The position numbers were made by a program, and so were the translations under genes. The notes beneath the pieces were generated by a model. It ran no database searches. It was not told the DNA's origin and saw only the letters and a list, made by a program, of their open reading frames with translations. DNA of 64,000 nucleotides from a bacterium (lineage in GTDB: Bacteria; Patescibacteriota; Minisyncoccia; Phycocordibacterales; UBA9973), in the NCBI GenBank assembly GCA_037132055.1, contig JBAXPX010000001.1, forward strand, positions 5,424 through 69,423, read 5' to 3'. Below, one piece after another: positions 44,143-55,019 of the stretch; position 1 is the first letter of the stretch, and each line of letters opens with the position of its first letter.

Positions 44143-44619
44143 TTAACCCGCCTCTTTTGTTGCCAAATTCACTAATTTTTGATTAAACAATAAGGGATCT
44201 CGTTCTGTGATAATGGAAAAATATTCCACAATTTCTTTTAAAACTTCCTGACTTCTTTGCCAACTTATTACATCACACCGGATAAAAACATTTAAAAGTT
44301 CGTTGCCTTCTTTGGCGCTCGTAATAACAGAAGTCTTGCGTCCTTCAACTTCAATAAAACCCCTCTGTGCTCCATAATCATCTGAAATAAAGCATAAAGA
44401 TTTACTATGGTTACTCTCACATCTTAGCCGGTCATTGTTTAAAATTCTATCGAAAAAATCATAAAATTCCTCTTCAGAAATTTTTTTATTTTTTAGACAT
44501 TCAACAATAAGATCAAACCCTTGTATTTTTGAAAAGAACATTCTTCGTCTCCCTTCGGGGGGAAAAATAATCTGCCCAGATATTCCATCCGGATCAAATC
44601 TTAAAAATATTTTTTCCAT
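44143..44619 (-). CDS. Hypothetical protein with internal duplication
   Basis: Two similar halves (DPDGISGQI / DDYGAQRGFI); own promoter. Confidence 0.65.
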   Translation of the reverse strand: MEKIFLRFDPDGISGQIIFPPEGRRRMFFSKIQGFDLIVECLKNKKISEEEFYDFFDRILNNDRLRCESNHSKSLCFISDDYGAQRGFIEVEGRKTSVITSAKEGNELLNVFIRCDVISWQRSQEVLKEIVEYFSIITERDPLLFNQKLVNLATKEAG

Positions 44620-44761
44620 TTATCTTCCGTTTTATGTTACTAATTTAATTTTCTATCTAAAGAGTAGTTAAAAATTTAACCTTTGTCAATTTTAATATCT
44701 TACAAATGTCACATTGACAAACGGGAAATAATATTCTAGTATAATAAACAAAAAATAAAAT

Positions 44762-45322
44762 ATGGAAAAAATTCTTAGAAAAGTTTTAGCAATATTTCTT
44801 CTCATTATCGCTTTTCCATTTTTAGTCCTTTTGACAATATTAATTAGAATGGAAAGTAAGGGTAACCCCATCTTCAAACAAAAGCGCGTCGGCAAAGGAG
44901 GTAAAATTTTTATTATTTATAAATTACGTACGATGAGACTAGGAAAGGAGCCTGAACACATAACTTCCTCAATTGAATTAAGGAAACATAGTTCCTACCG
45001 CGTAACGTGTATTGGTAAATATCTTCGTCAAACCCACACAGATGAGCTACCACAACTGTGGAATGTTCTTAAAAACGAAATGACCTTTGTTGGTCCCCGT
45101 CCCTTAACTATTCCAATTGCAACAAAGAAAGAATATTATGCACCAAGAGATGAGAACATTTGTCCTGGTATAACTGGGATTACACAAATTTCACTACTCG
45201 CGGAAACTAAGGGATATAATGTATCAAAATTAGATAAATTTTATTGTAAAAAAAGGTGTTTATTACTAGATTTACTAATAGTTATATCAACGCCGATCTT
45301 AATTGCGTTCAAGAAAATATAA
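44762..45322 (+). CDS. Bacterial sugar transferase (polyprenyl phosphoglycosyltransferase)
   Basis: FKQKRVG, YKLRTM, DELPQLWNVL, VGPRP, PGITG. Confidence 0.93.
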   Translation: MEKILRKVLAIFLLIIAFPFLVLLTILIRMESKGNPIFKQKRVGKGGKIFIIYKLRTMRLGKEPEHITSSIELRKHSSYRVTCIGKYLRQTHTDELPQLWNVLKNEMTFVGPRPLTIPIATKKEYYAPRDENICPGITGITQISLLAETKGYNVSKLDKFYCKKRCLLLDLLIVISTPILIAFKKI

Positions 45323-45353
45323 ATGCCTGTACAAAGAAATGTACAGGTATTTT

Positions 45354-46649
45354 TTATTTTTTATTAATCCATTCCTTGTCTTGTCTGACGAGAAGTTTTG
45401 ATTTATTTTCTTGATCTTTTAGTATTGATTCCACTGTACGTTCCATACGCATTCCTTGTGATCCTTTTACGAAAAGGATATCTCCCTTTTGTATAAATGT
45501 TTTTAAAAATTCTCCTGCATCACTTGAATTTGAAAATTCAAAAATATTTTGAACATCCATCCCTGCTTCTATCGCAGCAGACTTTGTATTTTGTGATCTA
45601 GGGCCCACCACAATAAGCACCTCAGCACTTTCTTTTACAATTTTACCTATATTTTCATGGGCTTCTTTTGTGTGCTTGCCTAATTCAAGCATGTCACCTA
45701 AAACTGCTATCTTTCTCCCTGTTAATTTAATCTCGTTAAGTGTCTTGAGCCCAGCTTCACAAGCAAATGGAGAAGAGTTGTAAGTGTCATCTATTATTAT
45801 GGAATCGTTGATACCTTTTAATAATCGCATTCTTCCCGGCGGTATTTCATAATTTTTTAACATATTAACAGCATTTATCATATTGAGTTTCAACCCTGAA
45901 GAAAATGCAAAAGTTGCTAGTGATGCATAAATATGATTTCTGCCAAATACTCCCTCGATGACAACTGGCAGACTGTTGCCATTTTCGTCTACCCTAAAAA
46001 TTATCCCCTGCGGTTCACCTTTATCATTATAAAAAATAGTATCACCAGAACCAACAATATTTGCCTCAGTATTAAAACCATAAGTTATAATTCTATTTTT
46101 CGTTTTTGATTTCATATTAAAAACAGTTTCATCGTCTCGATTTAAAACCAAAAGACCATCTTTTTTTAGTGTTTTAATCAATTCAGCTTTTTCTTCTACA
46201 AGATGTTTTTTTGAACTAAAAAATTCAATGTGAACTGGAGTTTCTCCTATGGCAGTCATTATAACAGCGTCAGTTTTAATCCAAGAAGCAGTTTTTTGCA
46301 TATCTCCTGGTTTTCCGATTCCAACTTCTAATACGAGCCATTTCGGATATTTATGTGGCCATATAAAAAGCCAAAGACCCTCTAGAATGTTTCGAAACCA
46401 TACAAATGGATTATTCCATCCATTTGGACACCCCAATACAGTAAGAGGTAATCCTATTTCACTGTTAAAACTTTTTTCACTTTTTCGTACATAAGTGACA
46501 CCGGAAAGCACAGCATACACTGCATCTTTCGTAGAGGTTTTACCGACAGATCCAGTAATAGCTACAATTTTTGGCTTGTATTTCCAAAGCACAAGCTTGG
46601 ATTCTATCTTTAAAATATGTGTAATAATTTTTCTAAAAGTTGTTTTCAT
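45354..46649 (-). CDS. murF: UDP-MurNAc-tripeptide--D-Ala-D-Ala ligase
   Basis: AITGSVGKTSTK, DDTYNSSP, LGDMLELG, KGSQGMRME. Confidence 0.94.
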   Translation of the reverse strand: MKTTFRKIITHILKIESKLVLWKYKPKIVAITGSVGKTSTKDAVYAVLSGVTYVRKSEKSFNSEIGLPLTVLGCPNGWNNPFVWFRNILEGLWLFIWPHKYPKWLVLEVGIGKPGDMQKTASWIKTDAVIMTAIGETPVHIEFFSSKKHLVEEKAELIKTLKKDGLLVLNRDDETVFNMKSKTKNRIITYGFNTEANIVGSGDTIFYNDKGEPQGIIFRVDENGNSLPVVIEGVFGRNHIYASLATFAFSSGLKLNMINAVNMLKNYEIPPGRMRLLKGINDSIIIDDTYNSSPFACEAGLKTLNEIKLTGRKIAVLGDMLELGKHTKEAHENIGKIVKESAEVLIVVGPRSQNTKSAAIEAGMDVQNIFEFSNSSDAGEFLKTFIQKGDILFVKGSQGMRMERTVESILKDQENKSKLLVRQDKEWINKK

Positions 46650-46695
46650 TGTGATTCAATTTTACTCACCATACCTCTGAGTTTCCGTCGAAGGG

Positions 46696-48420
46696 TCATC
46701 TGTCGGGTGGAATTTCATAATAATTAATTAAAAACTTTGTTATTTCTAAAAAAGGATCAGCCCAAGTCTGTGAAGAATAAGGTACACCCTTTGGATTTTC
46801 TGCATAAAGAAAAACTATAAATTTAGGATCATAAGCTGGGAAATATCCAAAAAAAGAATGAGTATTCCTATCTTCATAATACCCTCCTGTATTTTTCTTG
46901 GCAACTTGAGCTGTACCGGTTTTTATGGCCACACTATAATGTTCAAATTTTGCAAGTCCCCCTTTTAATGATTTATCCATAACATTTACAAGCATACGAG
47001 TTATTTCTTCGCTTGTTGATTCTTTTATCTTTGTACGAACAGTGGGATAAGTTATATTTTTTTCGGTACCATTTTCATATTTTATTGTTTTAACAAGATG
47101 TGGTACTACTAAATTGCCTCCGTTTGACAATGAAGCCAATGCCCGAGCTATCCCAATAGGAGTCAGCGCTATGCCCTGCCCAAAAGAAGCATTAGCATAT
47201 TCTAATTCACGTGGACTATTTAAGTTTGATACAAGACCATGAGTTTCATTTGGTAAATCAATCCCAGTCTTTTCGTTGATTCCATAAGAAAATAAGTAAT
47301 CTCGCATATTTTCTTTACCCAAGTGTTGATACACAAAAACCATCCCTGTGTTTAATGATTGATTCAAAACTTCTTGCATCGAAGTCCCAGGACCTCTAGC
47401 CTTTTTATCAAAATTGGATATTTCTTTTTTTTCGATAGTGACTGAACCTTTATCGTTGTATGTAGTATCTGCAGTTAAGACTCCCATATCAAGTGCAGCT
47501 GCCATAACCAATGGTTTAACAACCGAACCAAATTCAAAAACACTTTCGACTAGTGGATCAGAAAAAACTGAAACATCATTTTTAGAAAAATTATTCGGAT
47601 CAAAATCCGGCTTTGTTCCCATAGCATAAATAGAACCATCAATAGGATTCATAATAATTCCGCCGATAGAGTCAGTCTGATATTTTTGACTCACTTCGTT
47701 TAATTTTGTTTCAAGGAATCCTTGCACTACTGGTTCTATAGTCGTTATAATATTTCCACTATTAGCGCCTTCTTTGAATAAGGAATCATTTATGTTTGAA
47801 AAAACTTCAGCAAAAAAATTTATATAAGGATTCTCTTTTCCCCTAGATAAAGTACTGTTATAGAATCTTTCTAAACCATATCTGCCAGCAAGCTCGTCTC
47901 CTTTGTAGCCGACGATTCCAAGCGCATGTGAAGCAAGATTTTCACCAGGATAAAAACGCCATTTTTCTTTAAAAATAGAAACTCCCGGTATTTTTAATGC
48001 CGATATATTGTCTGCTTGTTCTTTTGATAACTTATGAGCAATCTCGTCATATGAACTTGTTGTTTTTTGTGTCTTTAATAAAAAAGTGTCGTGATCAAGA
48101 GTAATTATGTTTGATAATTTTTTATAAGAATCGTCAGCGTCAATAATTTTACTAGGATTTATCGCTATCTTATAGCCAAGTGTTTGCACTGCAGCTGAAA
48201 CAAGATCTCCTCCCTTACTACTAAAGAATATAGATCCACGCTCAAAAATATCAGAAGAAGGAGTCGAATATTGGCGATCAGCCATTTCTGAATAAAAATT
48301 ACTATGCACGACTTGTACCAAAAAAAGCTTTGAAATTAAAATCAAAGCAAAAAAAATAATTAAAAAAGATACAATCTTAATCCTTGAAATTGAAAAAAAT
48401 TTAAAGGTCATTTTTCGCAA
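46696..48420 (-). CDS. ftsI: Class B penicillin-binding protein (FtsI-like)
   Basis: SVVK, SLN and KTG motifs; dcw context. Confidence 0.92.
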   Translation of the reverse strand: MRKMTFKFFSISRIKIVSFLIIFFALILISKLFLVQVVHSNFYSEMADRQYSTPSSDIFERGSIFFSSKGGDLVSAAVQTLGYKIAINPSKIIDADDSYKKLSNIITLDHDTFLLKTQKTTSSYDEIAHKLSKEQADNISALKIPGVSIFKEKWRFYPGENLASHALGIVGYKGDELAGRYGLERFYNSTLSRGKENPYINFFAEVFSNINDSLFKEGANSGNIITTIEPVVQGFLETKLNEVSQKYQTDSIGGIIMNPIDGSIYAMGTKPDFDPNNFSKNDVSVFSDPLVESVFEFGSVVKPLVMAAALDMGVLTADTTYNDKGSVTIEKKEISNFDKKARGPGTSMQEVLNQSLNTGMVFVYQHLGKENMRDYLFSYGINEKTGIDLPNETHGLVSNLNSPRELEYANASFGQGIALTPIGIARALASLSNGGNLVVPHLVKTIKYENGTEKNITYPTVRTKIKESTSEEITRMLVNVMDKSLKGGLAKFEHYSVAIKTGTAQVAKKNTGGYYEDRNTHSFFGYFPAYDPKFIVFLYAENPKGVPYSSQTWADPFLEITKFLINYYEIPPDR

Positions 48421-48757
48421 GTTTTATACTGCCAAGAGATTTGCGAGTAGTATATTGTTTTGTTTGACTTTCTTTAAATCCTAAAGACGTAGCAAGAGAA
48501 ACATCGATTTTACTTGATGCTGATAAATATTGCAATTCTAATTCTCCGACTTCATTAGAAAGTATCCGTGATTCTTTAGAAAGTGACTGACGTTCTACAA
48601 TATTAAAAACTGTATTCCCTAAAAATATGACATAACACAAAACAAGAACTCCAAGCATGCCAAGCATAATATTGAAAACTCTCCTTTCTAGGTTGTAATT
48701 ATTCACTATGTTTACGCTCGTTTTGTATGTATTTACTTTTAATGATAATGCTTTCAT
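48401..48757 (-). CDS. FtsL-like bitopic protein
   Basis: TM helix plus coiled coil between rsmH and ftsI. Confidence 0.65.
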   Translation of the reverse strand: MKALSLKVNTYKTSVNIVNNYNLERRVFNIMLGMLGVLVLCYVIFLGNTVFNIVERQSLSKESRILSNEVGELELQYLSASSKIDVSLATSLGFKESQTKQYTTRKSLGSIKLAKNDL

Positions 48758-49650
48758 ATTTTTATTTTTTCTAAAATTCTTAATTTTGCACTTCGTGATC
48801 TGTTGTTCGATATTAATTCCTCCTTACTTGCTGTTATTGGTTTTTTATTTATTAATTTTATTTTTTCTTCTTTCTGCTTTAATTTAAAAAATCTTTTTGC
48901 TATTCGATCTTCTAGGCTATGGAAACTAATCACTGCCATTCTTCCCTCAATTTTTAAAAGTTTTAAACCTTGCTCTAACCCCTTCTCCAATACCCCCAAT
49001 TCATCATTCACAGCTATTCGCAATGCTTGAAAAGTTCTAGTGGCAAAATGTATCTTTCCTTTCTTGTAGCTTCCCGGTACTGCCTGTTCGATAATCTTTA
49101 CTAAATCAAACGTCGTTTCTATCTTTTTTTTCTTTCTATTTTCCACTATCTCTCTCGCTATTCTTCCTCTATATTTTTCTTCGCCATATCCGTAAATTAT
49201 GTCTGCTAAACTTTTTTCACTCCAAGTGTTTACGATATCTAAAGCCGTGATATCTTCTGGGGAAGGATTTTCTTTCATCGTCATCAACAGTGCTTCGTTT
49301 TTCATAAAAGAAAATCCTCTACCAGAATTATCTAATTGATCACTGCTCAAACCTAAATCAAAAATTATCCCGTCCACGTTCTCTAACCCCCCTAAATCAG
49401 CAAAATTTTTATTTATAAAATTGATCTCACAATCACAATTTTTAAATTTACTTTTCGCTTTCTCCCAAGCTCCCTTGTCCTGGTCAATGGCAACGATTTT
49501 CACTTTTTTATATCTTCTGCAAATCTCCACACTGTGTCCTCCGCCACCAAAAGTAGCGTCAACCACAGTTGCTCCATCTTTCAGGTTTAAGCCCTCTATT
49601 GTTTCATTTAAAAGAACACTCTTATGAACACTCTCCATCTTGTCTATCAT
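48754..49650 (-). CDS. rsmH: 16S rRNA m4C1402 methyltransferase
   Basis: HKSVLL, DATFGGGGHS, FQALRIAVNDEL, SFHSLEDR. Confidence 0.97.
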   Translation of the reverse strand: MIDKMESVHKSVLLNETIEGLNLKDGATVVDATFGGGGHSVEICRRYKKVKIVAIDQDKGAWEKAKSKFKNCDCEINFINKNFADLGGLENVDGIIFDLGLSSDQLDNSGRGFSFMKNEALLMTMKENPSPEDITALDIVNTWSEKSLADIIYGYGEEKYRGRIAREIVENRKKKKIETTFDLVKIIEQAVPGSYKKGKIHFATRTFQALRIAVNDELGVLEKGLEQGLKLLKIEGRMAVISFHSLEDRIAKRFFKLKQKEEKIKLINKKPITASKEELISNNRSRSAKLRILEKIKI

Positions 49651-50093
49651 TTTGTCTTCTCATTACTAAGCTTTTCGGCCAATTCATCCGCTTTATTTTC
49701 TACTGTTTCCTTATACCCTTTCCATGTATTTTCATTCCAAATTTCAACCCTATCTTCAACTCCGATTATGGCTGCCTTGTCCCCTAGTTTTATTCTTTCT
49801 TTCAAGAAATCAGGAATCAAAATTCTTCCTATTGTATCTATGTCGACTTCGGCTGCACGTCCAAACATGAATCGATTGAAACTCCTTTTATCAGCTTTCA
49901 GGAAAGAAAGGTCGGAATCTGAATCAGAAAGTCTTTTTGAAACTTTTGCCCATTCTTTTAATGTAAAAAGAAACAAACATTGGTCCAGTCCTGGTGTAAT
50001 AATAATTTTCTTACCAAGCTCCTTACGAAACTTGACCGGCAATGAAACCCGATTTTTTTCATCTATTGTATGTATGTATTCACCTATAAGCAT
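49647..50093 (-). CDS. mraZ: Transcriptional regulator MraZ
   Basis: IDEKNRVSLP, DTIGRILIP, RVEIW. Confidence 0.96.
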   Translation of the reverse strand: MLIGEYIHTIDEKNRVSLPVKFRKELGKKIIITPGLDQCLFLFTLKEWAKVSKRLSDSDSDLSFLKADKRSFNRFMFGRAAEVDIDTIGRILIPDFLKERIKLGDKAAIIGVEDRVEIWNENTWKGYKETVENKADELAEKLSNEKTK

Positions 50094-50112
50094 AAAATTA
50101 TTTATTCACAGC

Positions 50113-50153
50113 TTTCCCACCTTTTCCCACTTCATATACATTGTAAACCACTA
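50113..50153 (-). promoter_or_regulatory. Putative MraZ-binding GTGG repeats
   Basis: Minus strand GTGGtttacaatgtatatgaaGTGGGAAAAGGTGGGAAAG directly upstream of mraZ, last two spaced 10 bp. Confidence 0.6.
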
Positions 50154-50276
50154 CCTTTATGTAAACAAATCAAAATGTGTGGATAACTTCAAAATCCTTA
50201 AATCTTGCATTTTTTAAAAAATATTGTATATTAAAGCTTAGAAAAACAGTTCTAAACCCTTAAAAAACACTGCTCT

Positions 50277-50771
50277 ATGAAAACATTGAATTATCCATTC
50301 TTGTTACTGTTGGCTTTGGTTATATTGGCCATACCGACAATATCGCATTCTTCATTAGGTGATGATTGCGATATAAAATATTTAGAAAAAAGGTTTAAAG
50401 AATTAAACAACCTACAAACTCTCAAAAAGGGAGACAGCACAGGTAAATATACCTACAACATCCTGGCTACTGAAAAAAAGATGGAAATAGTTTATGGAGA
50501 CACTTTAAAAATCTACCTAGATTATGACCATCTTAATGATGCCAAAATTATTAACGCCGAAAAAGATTTTCTCGAAGTAATATTTATTGGAAAAGAAGGA
50601 AAAGAAAAAAGGTCTTTTCTTTTTATCAAGGGAACAGAAATAAGAAAACTAGTTCCAAGTATAAATAAAGGCCAAAATTTTCGAATTAAACTTGACGAAG
50701 ATAATGTAATCTTTGACTTCGGGAATACCTTTTGTGTTTATAATGTAAAAACCAATAAATTCTGTCCATAA
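50277..50771 (+). CDS. Exported hypothetical protein
   Basis: Signal-peptide-like N-terminus. Confidence 0.65.
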   Translation: MKTLNYPFLLLLALVILAIPTISHSSLGDDCDIKYLEKRFKELNNLQTLKKGDSTGKYTYNILATEKKMEIVYGDTLKIYLDYDHLNDAKIINAEKDFLEVIFIGKEGKEKRSFLFIKGTEIRKLVPSINKGQNFRIKLDEDNVIFDFGNTFCVYNVKTNKFCP

Positions 50772-50794
50772 CCAAACACTAAAAACTACAAGAT

Positions 50795-51016
50795 ATGGAG
50801 AAATTTAATCTTAGTCAAATCCCTGAAGACGTTTGGGGGTTAGGAATTCTTGCTCTGATTATAATCGCTATTTTCCTTACAATGTTTTTTATGTATCGGA
50901 ATACAAATAAAAAACCCAAAAAACAAACAGGGGGTAGTATATTAAACGAGAAAAAGATTCAGCAATACGAGGCGAAGAGATTCCATGATGATCACAATAG
51001 AGAATATTATTGTTGA
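50795..51016 (+). CDS. Small membrane protein
   Basis: Single TM helix, followed by a hairpin terminator. Confidence 0.6.
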   Translation: MEKFNLSQIPEDVWGLGILALIIIAIFLTMFFMYRNTNKKPKKQTGGSILNEKKIQQYEAKRFHDDHNREYYC

Positions 51017-51067
51017 CCATCAAAAATTCCAAAATCCCTGCAAATGTTTAATTTTGCAGGGATTTTT

Positions 51068-52531
51068 TTATTCGTTGTTTTTAGGTTTCATCAGTGGAAA
51101 GAGTTGCGTCTCACGAATTGGTTTATCTACTAAAAAGGCAAACAACATTTCTCCAAAACCAAATCCACAAGTTGGTGGCATTCCGTATTCCAACATTTCC
51201 ACAAACTCTGTATCTGGTACCATTGCTTCTTTGTCCCCCGCTTTCAAGAGTTCTTTCTGTGCTTCAAATCTCTCCGCTTGATCTATAGGATCATTTAACT
51301 CCGAAAAGCCATTTCCTACCTCAGCTCCTGCAATAATTATTTGGAATCTTTCCGTAAGCTCTGGATTTTTCTCCATTGATTTTGAAAGTGGTGAAACAAG
51401 TTTTGGATGCCCGGTTAAAAATACAGGACCCGCGATTTTCCTTCTACAATATTTCCAAAGCGTATCGACAAGTCGTTCCATCGTAGTGCCATCATAAACG
51501 ACATTTAATTCTTCAAGTTTATTTTTTATATCTTCCAGGGAAGCGTCGAGCACGTCAATCCCTGTTTCTTTTTTAATTATCTCCCGATAATCAATCTTTT
51601 CCCATTTTTTCCCTAAATCAAATTTATGTCCTCTTGTTTCAAATTCTGTTTTTCCAAAAACTTCAAGCGCAATTTTTTTGTAAAGTTCTTCAGCTAAACT
51701 CATCGCATCTTTATAGTTTGCATATGCCCAATAAAACTCTAAATTTGTAAACTCCTGTAAATGATTTGCATCTGTGCCTTCGTTCCTATAAGCTCTGCCT
51801 ATTTCAAAAGTTTTATTAAATCCTGCTGCCATAAGACGTTTCTGCCAAAGTTCTCCGATACATATCCGCAAATAAAGAGGTAATTTAAAGTCTTCATTAT
51901 AGGTTTTAAATGGGGCAGCATCTGCTCCACTTGCTGTCACTTCAAGCGACGGAGTTTCAACTTCCATAAATCCGTGTTCTTTCATAAAAGATCTAGCAGT
52001 ATCCCAAAACTTCACCTTTTTTTCAAAAAGATCTTTTATTTCAGGACTCATCAAAATATCTAGATATCTTTTTCTAAACCTTTCTTCCACGTCCTGAAGT
52101 CCATGCCATTTCTCTGGTAGTGGTCGTAAGCTTTTAGACAACATTCTCCAGTCTTTTGCTTCAATAGTTTTCTCTCCTCTTTTAGTAGTAAAGAAACTTC
52201 CTTGTAACTCTACAAAGTCCCCAATGTCCACAACTTCACTAAAAAAATTCAATTTTTCTTCACCAATAGAGTCTTTTTTAATTAATCCTTGGAACTGAGC
52301 TGTGCCATCATCGAGCGTAATAAAAACGATAGCTCCCTGCCCACGAATAGACATTATTCGTCCTGAAACCCACTTTGTTTCATTAGATTTTTCAAGGTTA
52401 TCAAATTTGCCTATAACCTCTTCTAAAGTGAGTTCTCTCTTTGATTCCGCTGGATAAGGATCAATACCTCTTTTTTTTAAGAGTTCTAATTTTTTGATTC
52501 TGGTGTCTCTTATTTCGTCAATTGATGACAT
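51068..52531 (-). CDS. lysS: Lysine--tRNA ligase (class II)
   Basis: OB fold, LRPLPEKWHGL, YRNEG, YGMPPTCGFGFG. Confidence 0.97.
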   Translation of the reverse strand: MSSIDEIRDTRIKKLELLKKRGIDPYPAESKRELTLEEVIGKFDNLEKSNETKWVSGRIMSIRGQGAIVFITLDDGTAQFQGLIKKDSIGEEKLNFFSEVVDIGDFVELQGSFFTTKRGEKTIEAKDWRMLSKSLRPLPEKWHGLQDVEERFRKRYLDILMSPEIKDLFEKKVKFWDTARSFMKEHGFMEVETPSLEVTASGADAAPFKTYNEDFKLPLYLRICIGELWQKRLMAAGFNKTFEIGRAYRNEGTDANHLQEFTNLEFYWAYANYKDAMSLAEELYKKIALEVFGKTEFETRGHKFDLGKKWEKIDYREIIKKETGIDVLDASLEDIKNKLEELNVVYDGTTMERLVDTLWKYCRRKIAGPVFLTGHPKLVSPLSKSMEKNPELTERFQIIIAGAEVGNGFSELNDPIDQAERFEAQKELLKAGDKEAMVPDTEFVEMLEYGMPPTCGFGFGEMLFAFLVDKPIRETQLFPLMKPKNNE

Positions 52532-52539
52532 TTTAAAAA

Positions 52540-53007
52540 TTAAGATACGTCTATGATTTTATAATTAACTTCACCTTTTGGAGTTTGGAAAGAAATCGTC
52601 TCTCCTTTTTTTCTACCAAATAGTGCTGCACCAAATGGTGATCTGTTAGAAATTTTGCCAAGTGCCATATCGGCTTCTTCAGAACCTACTATCTGATAAG
52701 TTTTTTCTTCTTTAGTACCATCCTTTTTTACTACTACTTTTGAACCAACCTCAATCTCCTCTCCTCCTCCACCTGCAACAACTTGCGAAGACTGCAAAAT
52801 CTGTTCTATTCTTTTTATGCGCTCTTCGAGCTTGCCTTGATCTTCACGAGTTTGATGATATTCAGCATTTTCTGAAAGATCGCCGAGCGATTTAGCGTAC
52901 TCTAAAGCCGCTAAAATCTCTTTTCGTTTTGGTCCTTTTAGGTCTTTTAACTCAATCTCAAGTGCCTTTTTCTTTTCTTCAGTTATGTAATCTCCTCCTT
53001 GTTTCAT
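52540..53007 (-). CDS. greA: Transcription elongation factor GreA
   Basis: GDLSENAEY, ISNRSPFGAALFG. Confidence 0.96.
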   Translation of the reverse strand: MKQGGDYITEEKKKALEIELKDLKGPKRKEILAALEYAKSLGDLSENAEYHQTREDQGKLEERIKRIEQILQSSQVVAGGGGEEIEVGSKVVVKKDGTKEEKTYQIVGSEEADMALGKISNRSPFGAALFGRKKGETISFQTPKGEVNYKIIDVS

Positions 53008-53151
53008 CTTTTTAAAAATTTATTTTTAATAAAAAACTCAAAGCCGTAATTTATCTTTACGAAACTTGTATAATAAAATACTAGCATTTTTAACAAAAAA
53101 GTAAATACAAGAACTTGCTAAATATTTTTTATATGATAATCTATAGCTTAT

Positions 53152-53379
53152 ATGGCAAAAACAGTAATCGAAGTAAAGAAAAACCCAAATGAAAACAACG
53201 CAAGCGTTTTGCGTCGTTTTTCTAGAAGAATTCAAGAGTCTGGAATAATTCAAAAAGTAAAAGGTTCTCGTTACAACGAAAGAAAAGAATCAAAACTAAA
53301 AGTAAAGAAAAGCGCATTGAAACGAATGAATCGAAGAAAAGAAATAGAAAAACTTCGAAAGTTAGGAAAGGTTAAATAA
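53152..53379 (+). CDS. rpsU: 30S ribosomal protein S21
   Basis: IEVKKNPNEN..SVLRRFSRRIQESG, basic tail. Confidence 0.8.
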   Translation: MAKTVIEVKKNPNENNASVLRRFSRRIQESGIIQKVKGSRYNERKESKLKVKKSALKRMNRRKEIEKLRKLGKVK

Positions 53380-53385
53380 AAAAAT

Positions 53386-53775
53386 ATGCAGAATAATTTT
53401 TCTGTTACAAACTCCACAAAAGACAAGCTTCCAAACTTGCATTTTGTAATTATAAAAAACGATATACTAGGCAAAGAATATTCTCTTTCTTTGGCTTTTA
53501 TTGATGAAAAAAAATCAAGAGAAATAAATAAAACGTATAGAAATAAAGATAAATCAACAAATGTTTTGTCTTTCCCTTTGTCTAAAAAGGATGGAGAAAT
53601 ACTTATCTGCCCAGCTGTAGTAAAAAAGGAAACAAAAAAATTCAACAAAAATTTCAAGGAATTGTTGGGATTTTTAGTTATCCACGGAATGCTTCATTTG
53701 AAAGGAATGGGACATAGTAGTAGAATGGAAGAAGAAGAAAAAAAATATGATCAGAAATATTTCAGTCGGCATTGA
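53386..53775 (+). CDS. ybeY: rRNA maturation endoribonuclease YbeY
   Basis: YRNKDKSTNVLSF, HGMLHLKGMGH. Confidence 0.93.
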   Translation: MQNNFSVTNSTKDKLPNLHFVIIKNDILGKEYSLSLAFIDEKKSREINKTYRNKDKSTNVLSFPLSKKDGEILICPAVVKKETKKFNKNFKELLGFLVIHGMLHLKGMGHSSRMEEEEKKYDQKYFSRH

Positions 53776-54910
53776 TATCGGAACTTCCACCACACGTGTT
53801 GTGGTCGGAGAATTTTTAAAAGGAGAAAAAAATCCTAAAATTATTGGCATAGGTGAAAGTGAAACAAAAGGAGTCAGACATGGTTATATCATCCATATTC
53901 CTGATACAGTGTCTTCTCTGAAAATCGCCATCTCTATGGCAGAGAAAAGTTCTGGTATAAAAATAAGGCGCGCCTTTGTTTCAATCGGTGGTACAACTCT
54001 ACGTTCGGAGATAGGAACTGGATCCGCTATTATTTCTAAGGCAGATAGTGAAGTAACTAGTCTAGACGTCAATAAAGCATTAGAAGAAAGCGAAGTTAAC
54101 CTGAGTCTAGGTAATAAAAAAATAGTATATGTCTCTCCTATTTCTTTTAGACTGGATGGAAAAGAAGTTCTGGGTAGACCTGAAGGTATGCATGGAAATA
54201 AGCTTGAAATAAAAGCTATTTTTATAACCAGTTCCACAAAACACTGGGAAGACCTTATAGAAACAGTGACTAATGCTGGAGTAGAACCGATAGACGTGAT
54301 TCCTTCTCCACTGGCTAGTAGCTATATTTCATTATCTAGTAGACAAAAAATAGTAGGGGCTGCTTTGATAGATATCGGAGCTGAGACGGTGTCTATGGGA
54401 GTATTTGAAAATGAGTCACTCATCTCGCTTCATACATTTTCTATTGGTTCAGCAGACATAACAAATGACATAGCGCTCGGATTAAAGATCCCACTTGAGA
54501 AAGCAGAGAGTTTTAAACTAGGAGATAATGACGAAGAGTACTCAAAGAAGAAATTAGAAGAAATAGTAGAAGCACGTCTTACAGATATTTTTGAATTGAT
54601 TGAAAACCATCTTAAAAAAATAAAAAGAAATGAACTTCTACCTGCTGGCGTAGTATTCGTAGGTGGAGGAGCAAATTCTTTTGGTCTTGAAGATTTATCA
54701 AAAACTGTCTTACGATTACCATCGAAAATAGGGACAACTGATTTTTTTGGCAACACAAAAACCAAATTACGTGACCCTTCTTGGTACACAGCTATCGGCC
54801 TTGTTATATACAATAAAAATATTAAAGGATATGTAGAAGGTTCTCTGCCAAATCTATTCAAAGATATAAAAAACTCTTTAAAATCAATGGTAAAACAGCT
54901 AATGCCATAA
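53747..54910 (+). CDS. ftsA: Cell division protein FtsA
   Basis: GIDIGTS, IDIGAE, ITNDIA, VGGGA; upstream of ftsZ. Confidence 0.95.
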   Translation: MIRNISVGIDIGTSTTRVVVGEFLKGEKNPKIIGIGESETKGVRHGYIIHIPDTVSSLKIAISMAEKSSGIKIRRAFVSIGGTTLRSEIGTGSAIISKADSEVTSLDVNKALEESEVNLSLGNKKIVYVSPISFRLDGKEVLGRPEGMHGNKLEIKAIFITSSTKHWEDLIETVTNAGVEPIDVIPSPLASSYISLSSRQKIVGAALIDIGAETVSMGVFENESLISLHTFSIGSADITNDIALGLKIPLEKAESFKLGDNDEEYSKKKLEEIVEARLTDIFELIENHLKKIKRNELLPAGVVFVGGGANSFGLEDLSKTVLRLPSKIGTTDFFGNTKTKLRDPSWYTAIGLVIYNKNIKGYVEGSLPNLFKDIKNSLKSMVKQLMP

Positions 54911-55019
54911 ACAGTTCCTGAAATATTTATGTCTAAAGTAAAGCAGCTTTGCTTTTTTTTATTTTCTGCTATTATAAACACATAATCATTAATTTATTAA
55001 TAAAAACAAGAAAAACCAT

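Noticed and set aside
50102-50186. oriC near mraZ (DnaA-box-like TGTGGATAA at 50178-50186 and TTATTCACA)
   Set aside because: Only one perfect box, with no cluster and no dnaA/dnaN context.
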